This document shows positions 10,975 to 23,297 of a DNA stretch of 39,684 nt, piece after piece. Source of the stretch: Octopus bimaculoides (taxonomy: Eukaryota); assembly GCF_001194135.2 (NCBI RefSeq), contig NC_068989.1, positions 30,152,224 through 30,191,907 on the forward strand, given 5' to 3'. The notes beneath the pieces are model-generated. The model was not told the DNA's origin. It searched no databases and was given only the letters and a program-made list of their open reading frames with translations. Positions within the stretch are counted from its first letter, which is position 1. The number at the start of each line of letters is the position of its first letter. The position numbers were made by a program, and so were the translations under genes.

Positions 10975-12266
10975 CAAGGTGCGATGGGTAAATTGTCACT
11001 GTTTTATATTTTTAATTTTGCTTATTTGCATTGTTTGTTTTTAATTTTGTTGACTACACAGTATAGTAGGGTCAGTTGGGCACTGTCTGTGAGAAAAACA
11101 GCACCATGACACAATTCATTCAGTCAGAAATTTGGAAATGACATGCTGTACTACTTGAAATTCATACTGGAAGCTCCAATACGAACATTTCAGAGTGTTT
11201 GGATGTCAATCTGAGGACAGTGCAGAAGATTCAGAAAGAGTTGGATGAGTCTAATGGTGATTACAAAGGTATGGCAGCNNNNNNNNNNGATGAGTCTAAT
11301 GGTGATTACAAAGGTATGGCAGCTCAGAAAACTCACTCTGATTGTTTTGATAAGAAAAGAACTCCTGAATTTGTTGGTGAGGTCCAGGCCATGATTGACA
11401 ACAAACCTATAAGTCAATCAGGTTCATTGCCATGAAGACACTCAGTATTCCTCATACAAAATGAGAGAGGGCCAATTTTTATCCCAAGCCATCAAAGGCC
11501 AGAGGAAAAACCACACTGTGAAGCTTTTGAACAAACTCAAGCATCCCCTCCAACTGAACATGCTTTGGATTTTCTCAGACGAGAAACATTTCTGCCAGGA
11601 TCAGATGATGAACACAAAGACACAACTGTTGGCTTGCCACGTTCCCAAAACATGGACCGAGAGTGATAAAAATCAAACATCCTGTCAACATCATGGTGTT
11701 TGGTGTGATGGTGACGTTATGCCTCCATTTACCTTCCCACATGGCCTCAGACTCAACACAGAGGCCTACATCAAGTGCCTGGAGGAGGTAGTGCTGCCCT
11801 GGGTCAAGGGGGTGGCTGCTGGAAGACCCTATGTCTGGCAACAGGACTGCATCATGCCACACAAGCAGGAGAACCCAGTCATGGCTGTCAGACAATTTCT
11901 GTGACCACATCACCTCTAACATCTGGCCATCTAATTCCCCATACTACAACCCCTTGATTATTATGAATGGGGGCACAGTTGAGCGAGACCAACAAAACTC
12001 CTTGTAACACCAAAGATGAACTGAAGGCAAGGATTATGGCAGCATTCACCAGCTTAAACAAGGAGGCCATTCAGAAGAATTGCAGGAGATTCCAAAGTCG
12101 TCTGGAGGCTGTGGTTGAAGCCAATGGTGATTTTATTGAATAAATTGACTCTTTAGTATTTCAAGATATTTTTATGTAATTTTGGTAAATATATCTGTAA
12201 AAATGAGATGTCAGTGTTATTTTCATTTTTGCATAACTTAGACAACAATATATTCACTGCACCCTG
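10975..12266 (+). mobile_element. Tc1/mariner DD37D (maT-type) element, decayed
   Basis: TA-flanked diverged TIRs (caaggtgcg.../...gcaccctg). Transposase fragments WIFSDEKHFCQD, DGDVMPPFTFPHGLRLNTEAYIKCLEEVVLPW...YVWQQD and a later frameshifted NPLD motif fit DD37D elements. The D-D spacing is inferred from the family pattern. Confidence 0.85.
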
Positions 12267-13041
12267 TATATATGTATGTATATTTTATATATCAAACCCA
12301 AGCATTGTCATTTGCATCATTATCTCCCCACCCCCTTATATATATACACACACAGATATTCACGTTACAGTGCTCAGAAAAATGAGAACTTAAATTTCAA
12401 CTCCTTCAACCAGATCAGGAGGTGCCTCAAGTGTAGAAAGTTGGCTATAGTATGGTCCTCATTGAATGGATATGGAAGTAAAAATGCTGAAGAAACACAA
12501 GTAGGCTTGATGAGTATATTTACTGTTGGCCTTGTACCAAAATTTGCAACCAATATATTACTCTTAAACATAAAAGCAAAGATAGTATCAACTAACAGAT
12601 ATCTTGATAGCAGAGTTTCTGTTTAGTAAATTCATTACACTTGCTTCAGAAGACAAAGGGCAAGTGCATCAAGAGTTTATAAAAACATATTGGCATTGGA
12701 AAACTAGGTGGATAGAGAGAAGTACTAGAAAGCTTGAAGTGAAAGGCACAGAGGTAGGTTGCAGAGGATGGACAAAGAAACACAGTGGGAAGAGGAGTAT
12801 GTTAGTAAGGTGAAGTGAAGTGTAACTTGAGGGAAGGGAAGGAAAGTGTCTAGAGGAGGGAGTGAATAACTGAGAAAGTGGTGGAGAGAGTAATGAAACA
12901 AGGGCAAAAATAAAGTACAGACAAAAAGAAGTTACAACTGATGAGAAGGTGAGTCTGCCAGTATAAAATATCTACTATGTGCAAACAAGAATTATAAAGC
13001 TAAGCACTACTTAGTGACTGTCTCCTATGCATTTAATCACC

Positions 13042-13138
13042 CATCATCATCATCATCATCATTTAACGTTTGTTTTCCATGCTAGCAAGGGTTGGATGCT
13101 TTGACAGGATCTGACCAGCTGAAGGGCTGTTCAGGCTC
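13042..13138 (-). mobile_element. RTE LINE 3' tail fragment
   Basis: (CAT)n + ttaacgtttgttttccatgctagcaagggttgga; same family as 25439 and 29448. Confidence 0.75.
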
Positions 13139-13140
13139 TT

Positions 13141-13264
<124 letters not shown>

Positions 13265-13280
13265 TATGTATACATGTATG

Positions 13281-13550
13281 TGAAGGTATATGGCCTAATA
13301 GTTAAGCTGTTGCACTGATGATTGTGAGATTGTAGGTTTGATTCCCTGATTGGGCAGTGCTTTGTGTTCTTCAGCAAAACACTTCATTTCATGTTGCTCT
13401 AGTTCCCCCTTCAATCAGTGGGGGATGCTGGCCTGCTCAACTAGCTAGCAGGGTTGCATCATTTGAAAGCTAAAATAATGCAAAATGCATTGTGACCAGC
13501 GATTTGTAACAATATCTGGTAGCCTTGTTGGTCATGTGATCACATGTGAT
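13281..13550 (+). mobile_element. tRNA-derived SINE, decayed
   Basis: Box A-like tggcctaatagttaag and box B-like ggtttgattcc, followed by a SINE-like body. Confidence 0.55.
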
Positions 13551-14058
13551 ATTTATATATACTAGCAGGCTTCCTGACCTTTGGCCTGGTCTATACAGTG
13601 TTGAAATGTATTCATAAGGCACATTTTAGCATCTATCGTAATGCCCATTTTTCTTACAATAAAAGTCGTTTAAAGGTATGTCAATATTGCATAACATAAT
13701 TTAAAAAATTTATTTAGAAAATCTAAATATAGATTAGTGATAGAGAAGTGTATTGTACAAAAATTATAAAACATTTACAGAACTTCAGTATATACAATGT
13801 TTTTAAGTTTTTTCTTTGGAGCATTTATGAAGAGTTTCTGTGGGCTTCTTACTCTGGAACAACCTACATACAATTGACCATGTGAAGAACAGCCCTTTTC
13901 TAGATGGAGACTGACAACCTGCAGTATTTGACCCTGGGACTTGTTAATGGTCTCTGGGGATTGCAATAGTTTGAAATAAAAGAGGACATCTGTTAGTATT
14001 CTAGGTATAAATATGATGTCTCCTTTACCACATCCAGTGAGGAATTTTGCTCTGATAA

Positions 14059-16362
14059 CACAACGTAACAATTTTCAAAAAAAATTTGTTTATTGTATTT
14101 TTTTTATTGTTTATCAATCCATTTTTTCTGTTGATTCCAAAAATGAAATTATTTTTTGTGTATCATCAACAGTTAAAAAAAATATGTCAACTTTCAATGT
14201 TATATATTCGGTATTATTATAATGTTCTGCTACTAAATGTATATCTAATTTTCTCTTTCAGACCAATTACTAAGTTCTGCTACTTTCAGGATGGCTACTA
14301 GAGTATGTAAAAATTCTCCAGATACATTTTGCTATGTGTGTGGTTATTATATTGGTAAAAAGCAGGTATTACATAAGATCGTGAAAGGTGCCAAATTGTG
14401 GATAGTGTACAGACTCTATTTCGGAATGCCTATGGGTAACCAGGTCAAACCATGGGCCCCACATGTGATATGTGGAAGCTGTCAATCTACTCTAGAAGGA
14501 TGGTTAAGAGGTACAAGAAGGTCAATGTCTTTTGCCATTCCAAGGGTATGGAGAGAACCAAAGAACCATCACGATGACTGTTACTTTTGTATGATCGAAG
14601 TATAGAAAAGTGAAAGGAAGACAAGCTTTTCAGTATCCAGACATACCATCATCTAGAGCACCTGTCCCACATGATGACAGTTTATGAGTACCATTACCAC
14701 CAGAAAATATTTAATCTGAAGAGTCAACAAGAAGCAGCAGCCAAGAAATGGAGGAAGCTTTCGTACCAAGAACGACTTCTGGGCCTCACTTTCCAAATCA
14801 GAGTGAGCTAGATGATTTAATCAAGGACCTGGGTCTTACTAAGTCAGGAGCTGAACTTCTTTCATCATGGTTGAAGGAATGGAATCTACTGGGAAAAGAC
14901 TTAAAGACATCTGTGTACTGGAAACGCCATGACGAATTTAAAATTTACTATGGAAATATTAATGATCTGTGTTATTGTAAAGATGTGATTGGTTTGTTTA
15001 CTGCTATTGGACTCAAGAATGATTCTGCAGAATGGCGACCATTCATAGATAGCTCAACACGAAGTCTCAAAGCAGTATTGCTCCACAATGGAAATAAATA
15101 TCCATCTTTGCCTCTTGCACACTCCATACAGAAGAAAGAAAATTACGATAATGTCAAAGAACTTCTCGACAAAATAAATTATGCCGAGTTCAAGTGGGAT
15201 GTTTGTGGTGATTTCAAGATGTTTGCCTTCTTGCTTGGCTTGCAAGGGGGATACACAAAGTATTCATGTTTCCTTTGCTTATGGGACAGCAGAGCTGATG
15301 ATGATCATTACAAGAGAGTACATTGGCCCCCACGAGTGGAACTGCTGCCAGGAATGTTAAATGTTCTCAAACAGCCTCTAGTAGATTCCAACAAAATCTT
15401 ATTACCCACTTCATATCAAACTCAGATTGGTAAAACAGTTTGTGAGGGCCTTAGATTTTAGAGGAGAAGCTTTTCAAGAAATTTGTCTTATGTGTCCAAA
15501 GCTATCTGAGGCTAAGATCAAGGGTGGCATATTTATTGGGCCTCAAATAAATGCAATGTTGAAGTTGAAGAAACTGGAAAAAGTGATGATAAAAGTTGAA
15601 AAAGAAGCTCAGTGTGCATTTCGTGATGTAGTTCGTGGATTCCTAGGAAATCACAAGGATCCTAATTACAAACAACTGGTAGCAAAGCTTATTGAAAACT
15701 TCAAGAAAATGGGTTGTCGTATGTCCTTAAAGGTTCATTTTTTGCACTCTCACCTAGATTTTTTTCCCTGAAAACTTGGGTGATGTCAGTGAGGAGNNNN
15801 NNNNNNCGTATGTCCTTAAAGGTTCATTTTTTGCACTCTCACCTAGATTTTTTTCCCTGAAAACTTGGGTGATGTCAGTGAGGAGCATGGTAAGAGATTT
15901 CATCAGAACATCGCAACTATGGAAAGAAGATACCAAGGACGATGGGATACTGCTATGATGGGAGATTATATATGGTCTCTAGTCAGAAGAGACGAAGATA
16001 TACACTCCAGAAAATCTCGATCGTCAAAGCACTTCTCATCTTAAGAAAGAGTTATCAAGTCATTTACAGTGCAGAGTTTTATTGTTTCTTTTTGTTCTAA
16101 CTAATATTATAATTCCTAAAAACCTTTCAATATATGAAAAAGTACTAAATGTTGTGTAACTATCCTTACAATACTAGAATAGATTGAACCAACAAAGTGC
16201 TGTAGAGGAAAATTACAAATATAACGAGCAAATATGAAATTAGGAATAAATAAATAACTATCGATGTTACGTCAAAACGAATGTGATTTTTGAATTTAGT
16301 GGCAAAAAATGCATATATGAACATTAAAAAATACAAATAAACAAAACATGTGTTACATTGTG
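14059..16362 (+). mobile_element. Chapaev3 (CMC superfamily) DNA transposon
   Basis: TIRs CACAACGTAACA / CACAATGTAACA; 3-bp TSD TAA (14056-14058, 16363-16365); Chapaev3-type transposase. Confidence 0.88.
14291..16044 (+). pseudogene. Chapaev3 transposase pseudogene
   Basis: CKNSPDTFCYVCG...KPWAPHVIC..C...WREPKNHHDDCYFC; FIDSSTRSLKAVLLHNGN; GDFKM..FLLGLQGGYTKYSCFLCLWDSRA; LHSHLDFFP/ENLGDVSEEH. Stops and frameshifts. Confidence 0.88.
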
Positions 16363-17648
16363 TAATGTGAGGCTGTAGTTCAGTCATGACTGATTCAGGT
16401 TTCTGAGAAGCATGATAACTGCGCCCTTCTTCAATTCAAGGTTGTGTGGTAGCAGAACCAGATGGTTCCAGACTGTTGAGGAATTCAACCCTTCAGTATC
16501 AAGGGATATTTTGCCTTCACTAAGTTTTAGATTTCAAGCAAACTCTGCAGAAACATTGTCACTGTAAATTTGTGCCTGCATGTTTGTTCTTAGTTTGATT
16601 TTAGTGATACATAGCCATAAATTTGGCAATTTTAGGCAAGCTTTTACTTGATCTGAATGAGTTCCCTTTGATATTACAGTTAAAAATTGTCAGAAGTCCC
16701 CTGATAAAAAAGCAGTAAAAAGTTGGAGGTGGATTGCATGATAAGTAAAGTATTTTTTCACTCTGTAAAAAGCATTATGGTGAAATAGATAGTATGTAGA
16801 TAGCTAGAAATAGGAACCAATACACCACTGACTTGGCCACCTCCATTTTGTTTTCAGAAAATAAGTGCCCAGTTATCTGTGGAATGGTCAAATTAATTCA
16901 AATGACATGAAAAACCAGAAATATTATCAATCTTATTCAGTGATTTCAGCATTCAATGTACAAACAAACAAATAAACTTTACTTTTTTTAAGGATACTAG
17001 CATTTGTTTTCTGTGTTTGGGACTATTGTTGCCAGTTTATCTGGATGGATATTTATTTTAAAGGTTATCAACAGATAAGGTCATAGTCATAAAATACACC
17101 GCTATCAGCTGTCCTATGAATTTGACGCATGGAAAGACAGGAAGAAATGTATGAAAAGAAGAATTTCTTCATGACACCCAATGAATGCTATTCCGTAAAT
17201 TAAAACAGTTGAGACATGTTTATACATAATTGTAAAGGGCCTCTTCCTGCCCATTTTCTGAGAAAGGAGTATTTTTAGTATTGGTCGTGATAGTTGGAGT
17301 GGAGATGTCTTTGTAGTTGTGGTGTTAGTTGTATTGGTGTTGGCCGTTACATATATATTTATAACTAATATATTATAAAAGTATACATCTATGAGTTATA
17401 TTTTTAAAAATATAGGAATGTGTATGTAGGTATATATAAATATACATGTGTGTCATGTTTATAACGTCAGAATGTATATGTAAAAATGTTAATCTTCCTG
17501 CATGTATGTATGTATAAATGTTTATTTATGGCCATAACTACACAGCTGCACTCCACAGAATTTGTTTCCTAACATTCAGAAAAATGAGTATTTTTTAACG
17601 AAATTCTATAGAAGCATATTTGTAGAAAATATTATTTTAAAATATCCA

Positions 17649-17765
17649 GGCGTAGGATGCTTACGAACCACATGGTTCCGGGTTCATTCCCACTGCGTGG
17701 CACCTTGGGCAAGTGTCTTCTACTATAGTCTCGGGCCAACCAAAGCCTTGTGAGTGGATTTGGTA
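17649..17765 (+). mobile_element. tRNA-SINE 5' fragment
   Basis: Near-identical to the head of the 19008 SINE (aaccacatggttccgggttca...ggcaccttgggcaagtgtcttctactatag). Confidence 0.85.
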
Positions 17766-19007
17766 TTATTATTTTAGAAGACTTGATGAAGGAAATAGCA
17801 GATAACAAATTTGGATATACATATTTTATCTGTATGAAAAATTGAGATAATACTAAAGAATGTGAGTCTTGTTGTGAATAAACTAAAACTGATGCAGTTA
17901 ACGGTTATTTGACAGTATAAGTGAAAAATGTTTAAGAGACGTTCCCTCTATAGAAGAGTAAGTAGATAAGAAATTCAAACTCCAAATAAGTCATTTATCA
18001 TCAGAAGTTTAATAGAGATCCCCAATGGAGAGGCATAGTTATGTTTGAATTAGGATATGACTTGACAGGTATATGTAATATTAGGTATGGTGTGTATGTA
18101 AAAAAAATTTGTGTGAGAATGAAATTAAATTAGTGAATGTAGTTATATAGTAGGCTGATAGAATGCAATGAGAATAAGAGTTAGTAGAAATACTGCAATA
18201 GCTACATATAATGGAATCTTGTTAGTGCAACAACTTATATTCATTTGTGTGTATTAAATATAAAGTAAAAAATAAAAATAGGAAAATTAGTTGTTAATAT
18301 TACAAAATTAAGATAGTAAATACTTGCTGTGGTTTAAAATATTTAAAAAACGTTCAGAGGTATAATAGATTTTGTAAGACTAAAAATTAACAATGTAGGG
18401 GAGAAAATAAAGCTAGGACAAGGTATTAAAAAATTTTTTTTAATTATAATTATCAATATTTAGTAGGTTGACTATGTTTGTGTATAAATAAAGATATGAG
18501 TTAAGAATCTAGCTTGGCATAAAGTGAGAGAGAAGTATATAGTAATATTATATAAGTAATGAGTGTTTAACTAATATAAGGTTATTGTGCATTGTCAATA
18601 TAAGAAAAAGTTTTGATTTATTTATGGGGTAGTGGGTGCACATAAGTATACTGAAATATATGAAAATAATTCATATATAAAAATCTTATAAAGGAAAATA
18701 ATTTTTTGTATACTGATTCATTTGAAGAGAACATATCTGCGAAATAGTATATATGGATTTATGTATTCTAGCTGTTTTTCAAGTTGTTTTATTTGAGGGT
18801 GTATATGAAAGAAAAAACACCGTACAAGAAAAATAAGTATACTTATACTGGTGCAAAGAGAGGGGAAAAAGGCCAAGCGAATACAGATATAATTATATTT
18901 ACCCACACATATAAAAAGATGTTATTATATACAAATATATATACATACATATATATTTATTTATTTATATGTATGTCTATATAGTGGTGTATATATATAT
19001 ACATATA

Positions 19008-19169
19008 GGCGCAGGAGTGGCTGTGTGGTAAGCAGCTTACTTACCAACCACATGGTTCCAGGTTCAGTCCCACTGCGTGGCACCTTGGGCAAGTGTCTTC
19101 TACTATAGCTTTGGGCCAACCAAAGCCCTGTGAATGGATTTGGTAGACAGAAACTGAAAGAAGCCTGTC

Positions 19170-19219
<50 letters not shown>

Positions 19220-19444
19220 GTATGTGTTGTATATGTTTGTGTGTCTGTGTTTGTCCCCCAACATCACTTGACAACCGATGCTAGTGTGTTTACATCCCCG
19301 TAACTTAGCGGTTCGGCAAAAGAGACCGATAGAATAAGTACTAGGCTTACAAAGAATAAGTCCTGGGGTCGATTTCTTCGACTAAAGGTGGTGCTCCAGC
19401 ATGGCCACAGTCAAATGACTGAAACAAGTAAAAGAGTAAAAGAG
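19008..19444 (+). mobile_element. Full-length tRNA-derived SINE (octopus-type) with an internal (TA)n
   Basis: Box A tggctgtgtggtaag; box B-like ggttcagtccc; 3' ggtgctccagcatggccacagtcaaatgactgaaacaagtaaaagagtaaaagag tail. Confidence 0.88.
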
Positions 19445-20043
19445 TATGTATATGTGTGTTTGTATGTGTGGGACATACATATATGTGTACCCGTTTATAT
19501 TAAAAAAATACAAATTGGTGATAACATATAGGTAATAAGCACACAATAGTAATAATAATAATAAATATAAATAAAATACATGTGCACACACAATGACAAA
19601 TAAAAATGATATCTATAAATGCACACATTGTTTTAGGCAAGTTGGACACCAAGAAGTATTATGTGTTTGCATATATCAGCTGTAAGATGTAATTAAATAT
19701 CAGGTAGATTGGCAAGTAACATTAAACAATATTAATTGGAAAATGTAAGGGGAAAGTATATATGCAAATGAAATTACAAAAAAGAAAGGTATATTATATA
19801 TACTAAGGGAAGATATAAGAATATATTGAGAGAAAGGGAGGTGTATGGAGATTAGGAGAAAATGTTAGCCCAATATAGAGTGGATCATGTAATTATAAGA
19901 GGGGATGGTTAAATAATAAATATATAACCATACAGTGTAAGATAAATTGATGTGCAGAGTATTTGATGATTAATAATCTAATTTCATAGAAAGGGTTAAT
20001 ATATAGAGATATTTAAAAAAATAGAGGTATTAGAAAGAAAGGG

Positions 20044-20201
20044 GAGGAATTTCAACCATGTTTCGTGGTCTGCAACCACAACAGCTCCTTTATAGGATCC
20101 AGTTAGCTCAAGACATCATCAGGAGGAACCACGTCCGGTTTCGGCCCCTACACCTCTACCGTTTTGACGTGGCGCCCCCCCCCTTTCGGAGGTGTCTTCA
20201 G
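20044..20201 (-). ncRNA. Candidate hammerhead-ribozyme-like tandem motifs (two 79-nt units)
   Basis: Each unit reads CTGA[T/A]GA-N~51-CGAAAC-N9-11-TTCCTC on the minus strand. Canonical stems I and III were not demonstrated. Confidence 0.35.
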
Positions 20202-20889
20202 CTCTGGTGTTGGGTGCATGTCTTCTTTCTTCTATTCCCTGGCCTCTTCGATGCAGCATCAACGAGTGTCAGCGTCCGACTGATTGTCATGTCAAATTCC
20301 CCTTTTTTATACCTGCTGCTAGGCTCCAGCAGGCTGCCCCAGCAAGTTGTCACGTGACACTGTCTNNNNNNNNNNNNNNNNNNNNNNNNNNNNNNNNNNN
20401 NNNNNNNNNNNNNNNNNNNNNNNNNNNNNNNNNNNNNNNNNNNNNNNNNNNNNNNNNNNNNNNNNNNNNNNNNNNNNNNNNNNNNNNNNNNNNNNNNNNN
20501 NNNNNNNNNNNNNNNNNNNNNNNNNNNNNNNNNNNNNNNNNNNNNNNNNNNNNNNNNNNNNGCTAGGCTGGGAAGTTTAGATATTATGTCTTGCAAACAA
20601 CTCGCACATGCAAGTGCTACCAGTCAAGAACTCTGCATACCGGAAGCCAGCAAGTGTATGGGGTCATCAGGAGAGAATGCGCGCCGTTTCGGGGCCTACC
20701 TCTCGACGGCATCAATGCGCACCGGCCCCCCTCACTGATATGAGGCCCGCTTGCTAGATCAACTGTTTATTAAAACAAAGCTCAATATTTCTCTAGCCAT
20801 CACTCATCGTCTCTTTTTAACTAAATCCAGTGGCTAGCCTTCTCCACTGTAAAGGATATTAAAATTAAAATGGGGGGGGGGGGATATTA

Positions 20890-21354
20890 TTTAAGATTAA
20901 TAAAAAGGAATTTGGACATGTGTTTACATGAAAAAACTTTTTCATGTCTAGTATTGACCATTCATTCTCATTATATTATAACTTTTTTCCAGACATGACT
21001 TTATATCTTATGGATATAATTTAGATGGAGTTATAGATGGGGCTGAAGATAGGATTTTTCAAGATATTGAGTAATCTATATTGTTTCTTTTGAGTTGTCA
21101 AATTTTTTTTAGATAGACCTATGATTATTTATTCTTAATTTTATAGAATTCTTCGTACAACCGATGTATATATATTTAGAGGAATTATGGGTAATAATGA
21201 TTGCTTGGTATACTACTTCTTTCATTATGTTGCTGTGGGCTCGAACTATGCAAGAAGTTAAAAAAAATTTTTTGACTAAAACACAACCAGGACCCTAAGT
21301 AAGGCATGTGTAAAATTTGAATGAAATTGGTTGTGTAGTTCTCGAGTTTTAGGG

Positions 21355-21416
<62 letters not shown>

Positions 21417-22630
21417 TCTCATTTTTATATATATATATAGATTATTAGTGTAGTCAGTGATTTGTGAATTGCTGAAATTAGTATTATTTTTTCTTTTAGT
21501 AAAGTTTTGGTTATGGCGCCCATATTGATTATGTTTTTTAGTATGTTTATTGCGGTTGTAGGATTTATCTATTGCTAATGTTGTGTTGATGACTATTGTA
21601 CTTAATTTCATATTTATATCCTGCCTTCTTAAGTGCTAGATTATAGTAGTCTTTCTGTTTGTTAAAAATTTCTTCATTAGATGATAATAGATTAATTCCT
21701 CTTTCTATGTTAGAGGTCAAATTTTTTAGAGGAAGTATTAAGGTTAAAGTTAACGTCTAGGAAGGTCACAGAGTTGCTATCTTTTTCAATAGTGGTGGAT
21801 AGTCTTTGGTTGTGTAGTCTTTTTTTTGTAGAGTTCAAGTTTCTTGTTGGAGGTATTTCTAACTAAGAATAGTGCATCGTCGTGGTAAAGACCACCTTCC
21901 AATTCAGAGAATTCTTCTTTAAGTAGGTGTAGAAGGTAAATTCCAACTAAATTGGTTACTTCAGCAGAGTCTTGTATACCCATGGGTACATTGAAACAGT
22001 CTGGTGTATCCTGAAAAATTATTGTTTTTCTAGCTTCAAGTAAGATTTTAATTTCTTTCATTTATAATTTAGTCCTATTCTTGGCAAAGATAAGTACTTT
22101 ATTAAGTAAGTGCTTTATTAAGGTTGATAGATTGGTAATAGTTGTCTATGTCAAGTTGGATGAATTTACATTTTTTCTTATCTTGTATGTTGGTGAACCA
22201 GTTGATTGTTGATTGTATCTAGTGTTTTTGACTACAGGTTGAGTTTTATTTTGGATTTCAAAAAATGTAGGTATTTATTTAAGATAAATTTGCTTAGTTT
22301 TCCGATGTCAGATTTACAGGGCAGATGAGTCTTACCTTTGGATCAGTATGAAAGTTAGGTTTGTGATCTTTCTGGCTAATTCTAGGCCTATATGGTTCAT
22401 AATCTTCAGTTACATCATCAATTCGACATTTACTCATTATTTGTTTGGCTTTAATGTTAACAGATTTTAGAACATTTTTATTTATAATCTTATATTTCTT
22501 TGTAATTTCTTTGTGTAGGAGATCACAGTATAGATCTACAACTACACCGTATAGATTTCCTGTTTTATCGGACTGTACGATTATACATTTTAATTTTTGG
22601 AGTTCATTAGCTTTATGTTTCAAATAATAA
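20890..22630 (-). mobile_element. Penelope-like element (Naiad-like), RT plus GIY-YIG, decayed
   Basis: SDKTGNLY, KDHKPNF..DPKVRLICP, FNVPMG..DSAEVTNLVG..GLYHDDAL, VTFLDVNFNL, LLSSNEEIF..LALKKAGY, IIYQA...YIYIGCT..IKLRINNH. The Naiad clade call is from memory. Confidence 0.88.
21213..21441 (-). mobile_element. Non-autonomous Helitron inserted in the PLE endonuclease
   Basis: 5' A|TCTATATATATATAAAAATGAGAATG(TG)n; 3' remnant gcccacagcaac...GTAG|T. Excision restores the IIYQA motif. Confidence 0.8.
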
Positions 22631-23297
22631 TTTTTTGTTGTATACTTCTTGCACTGAGGAGTACGTAATTAATTTGATTTAACCAGATTAATTTTAATTA
22701 TTCTACCATGTATTTACATGTTGATATCACTGTTTGAAACAATTGTATGCATGTATTAAAATTCTTTCAAATTTTAACATCTTCTCTTCTCCGTTTTTAA
22801 CAAATTTGTTGAGTTTCTATATGATACCGTTCCATAAATTCTCATAACACATCAGATACATATAATACTTTCATATTCACAAAAATCTTATGCCAGTAAG
22901 CTACCAGCAAAATATGAAGAATCTTTGTTAGAAATCACCCTTTGGAGCCTGCCAAAGTAAAGGATGAAATATAATTCAACCTTTCCACCCCCCCCCCCCC
23001 CCCCACACACATATATATCACTTATTAGCAATGGAAACAGTTTAAATACCAAAAGGTAATCTTTTTATCCAACTTAATATAGATGTCTTACTAAAACGCT
23101 GAATACTGCATTATTAGCCCTGAAAGATCTACTCATATAGGTACTTGGAGCATAAAAGGACACACATGGATCATAGCAGATGAGAATCATCTGTCATGGG
23201 CACTGGAACTCCCATATCACATTATTTCATTCTACAGGAAATCATCAGTGGAAGGAGTCTGGTCACTGCATGCCAGTCAAATCCCATTGCTATGACA

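Larger units (their letters stand above)
13562..16720 (-). mobile_element. Second Helitron (helicase 3' part), interrupted by Chapaev3
   Basis: LSGDF*Q...ACLKLPNLW...TNMQ (16720-16570); FLNSLEPSG/LPHNLELKKGAVIMLLRNLN; FIPRI...INKSQGQ...HGQLYVGCSRV...NIVYTEVL. The 3' end has a hairpin and CTAG|T at 13565-13562. Confidence 0.88.

Noticed and set aside
11244-11323. 35-bp direct repeat flanking a 10-N gap
   Set aside because: Identical copies on each side of a placeholder gap indicate an unmerged contig overlap.
12374-12571. 65-aa minus ORF with a plausible acceptor
   Set aside because: No recognisable motif, composition like background, and phase incompatible with the known exons.
15718-15885. 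79-bp direct repeat around a 10-N gap, superficially repeat-spacer-like
   Set aside because: Same assembly artefact; collapsing it restores the Chapaev3 sequence. Not CRISPR.
19008-19090. tRNA gene
   Set aside because: A/B boxes are present but there is no cloverleaf, and it is followed by a SINE body repeated elsewhere in the window.
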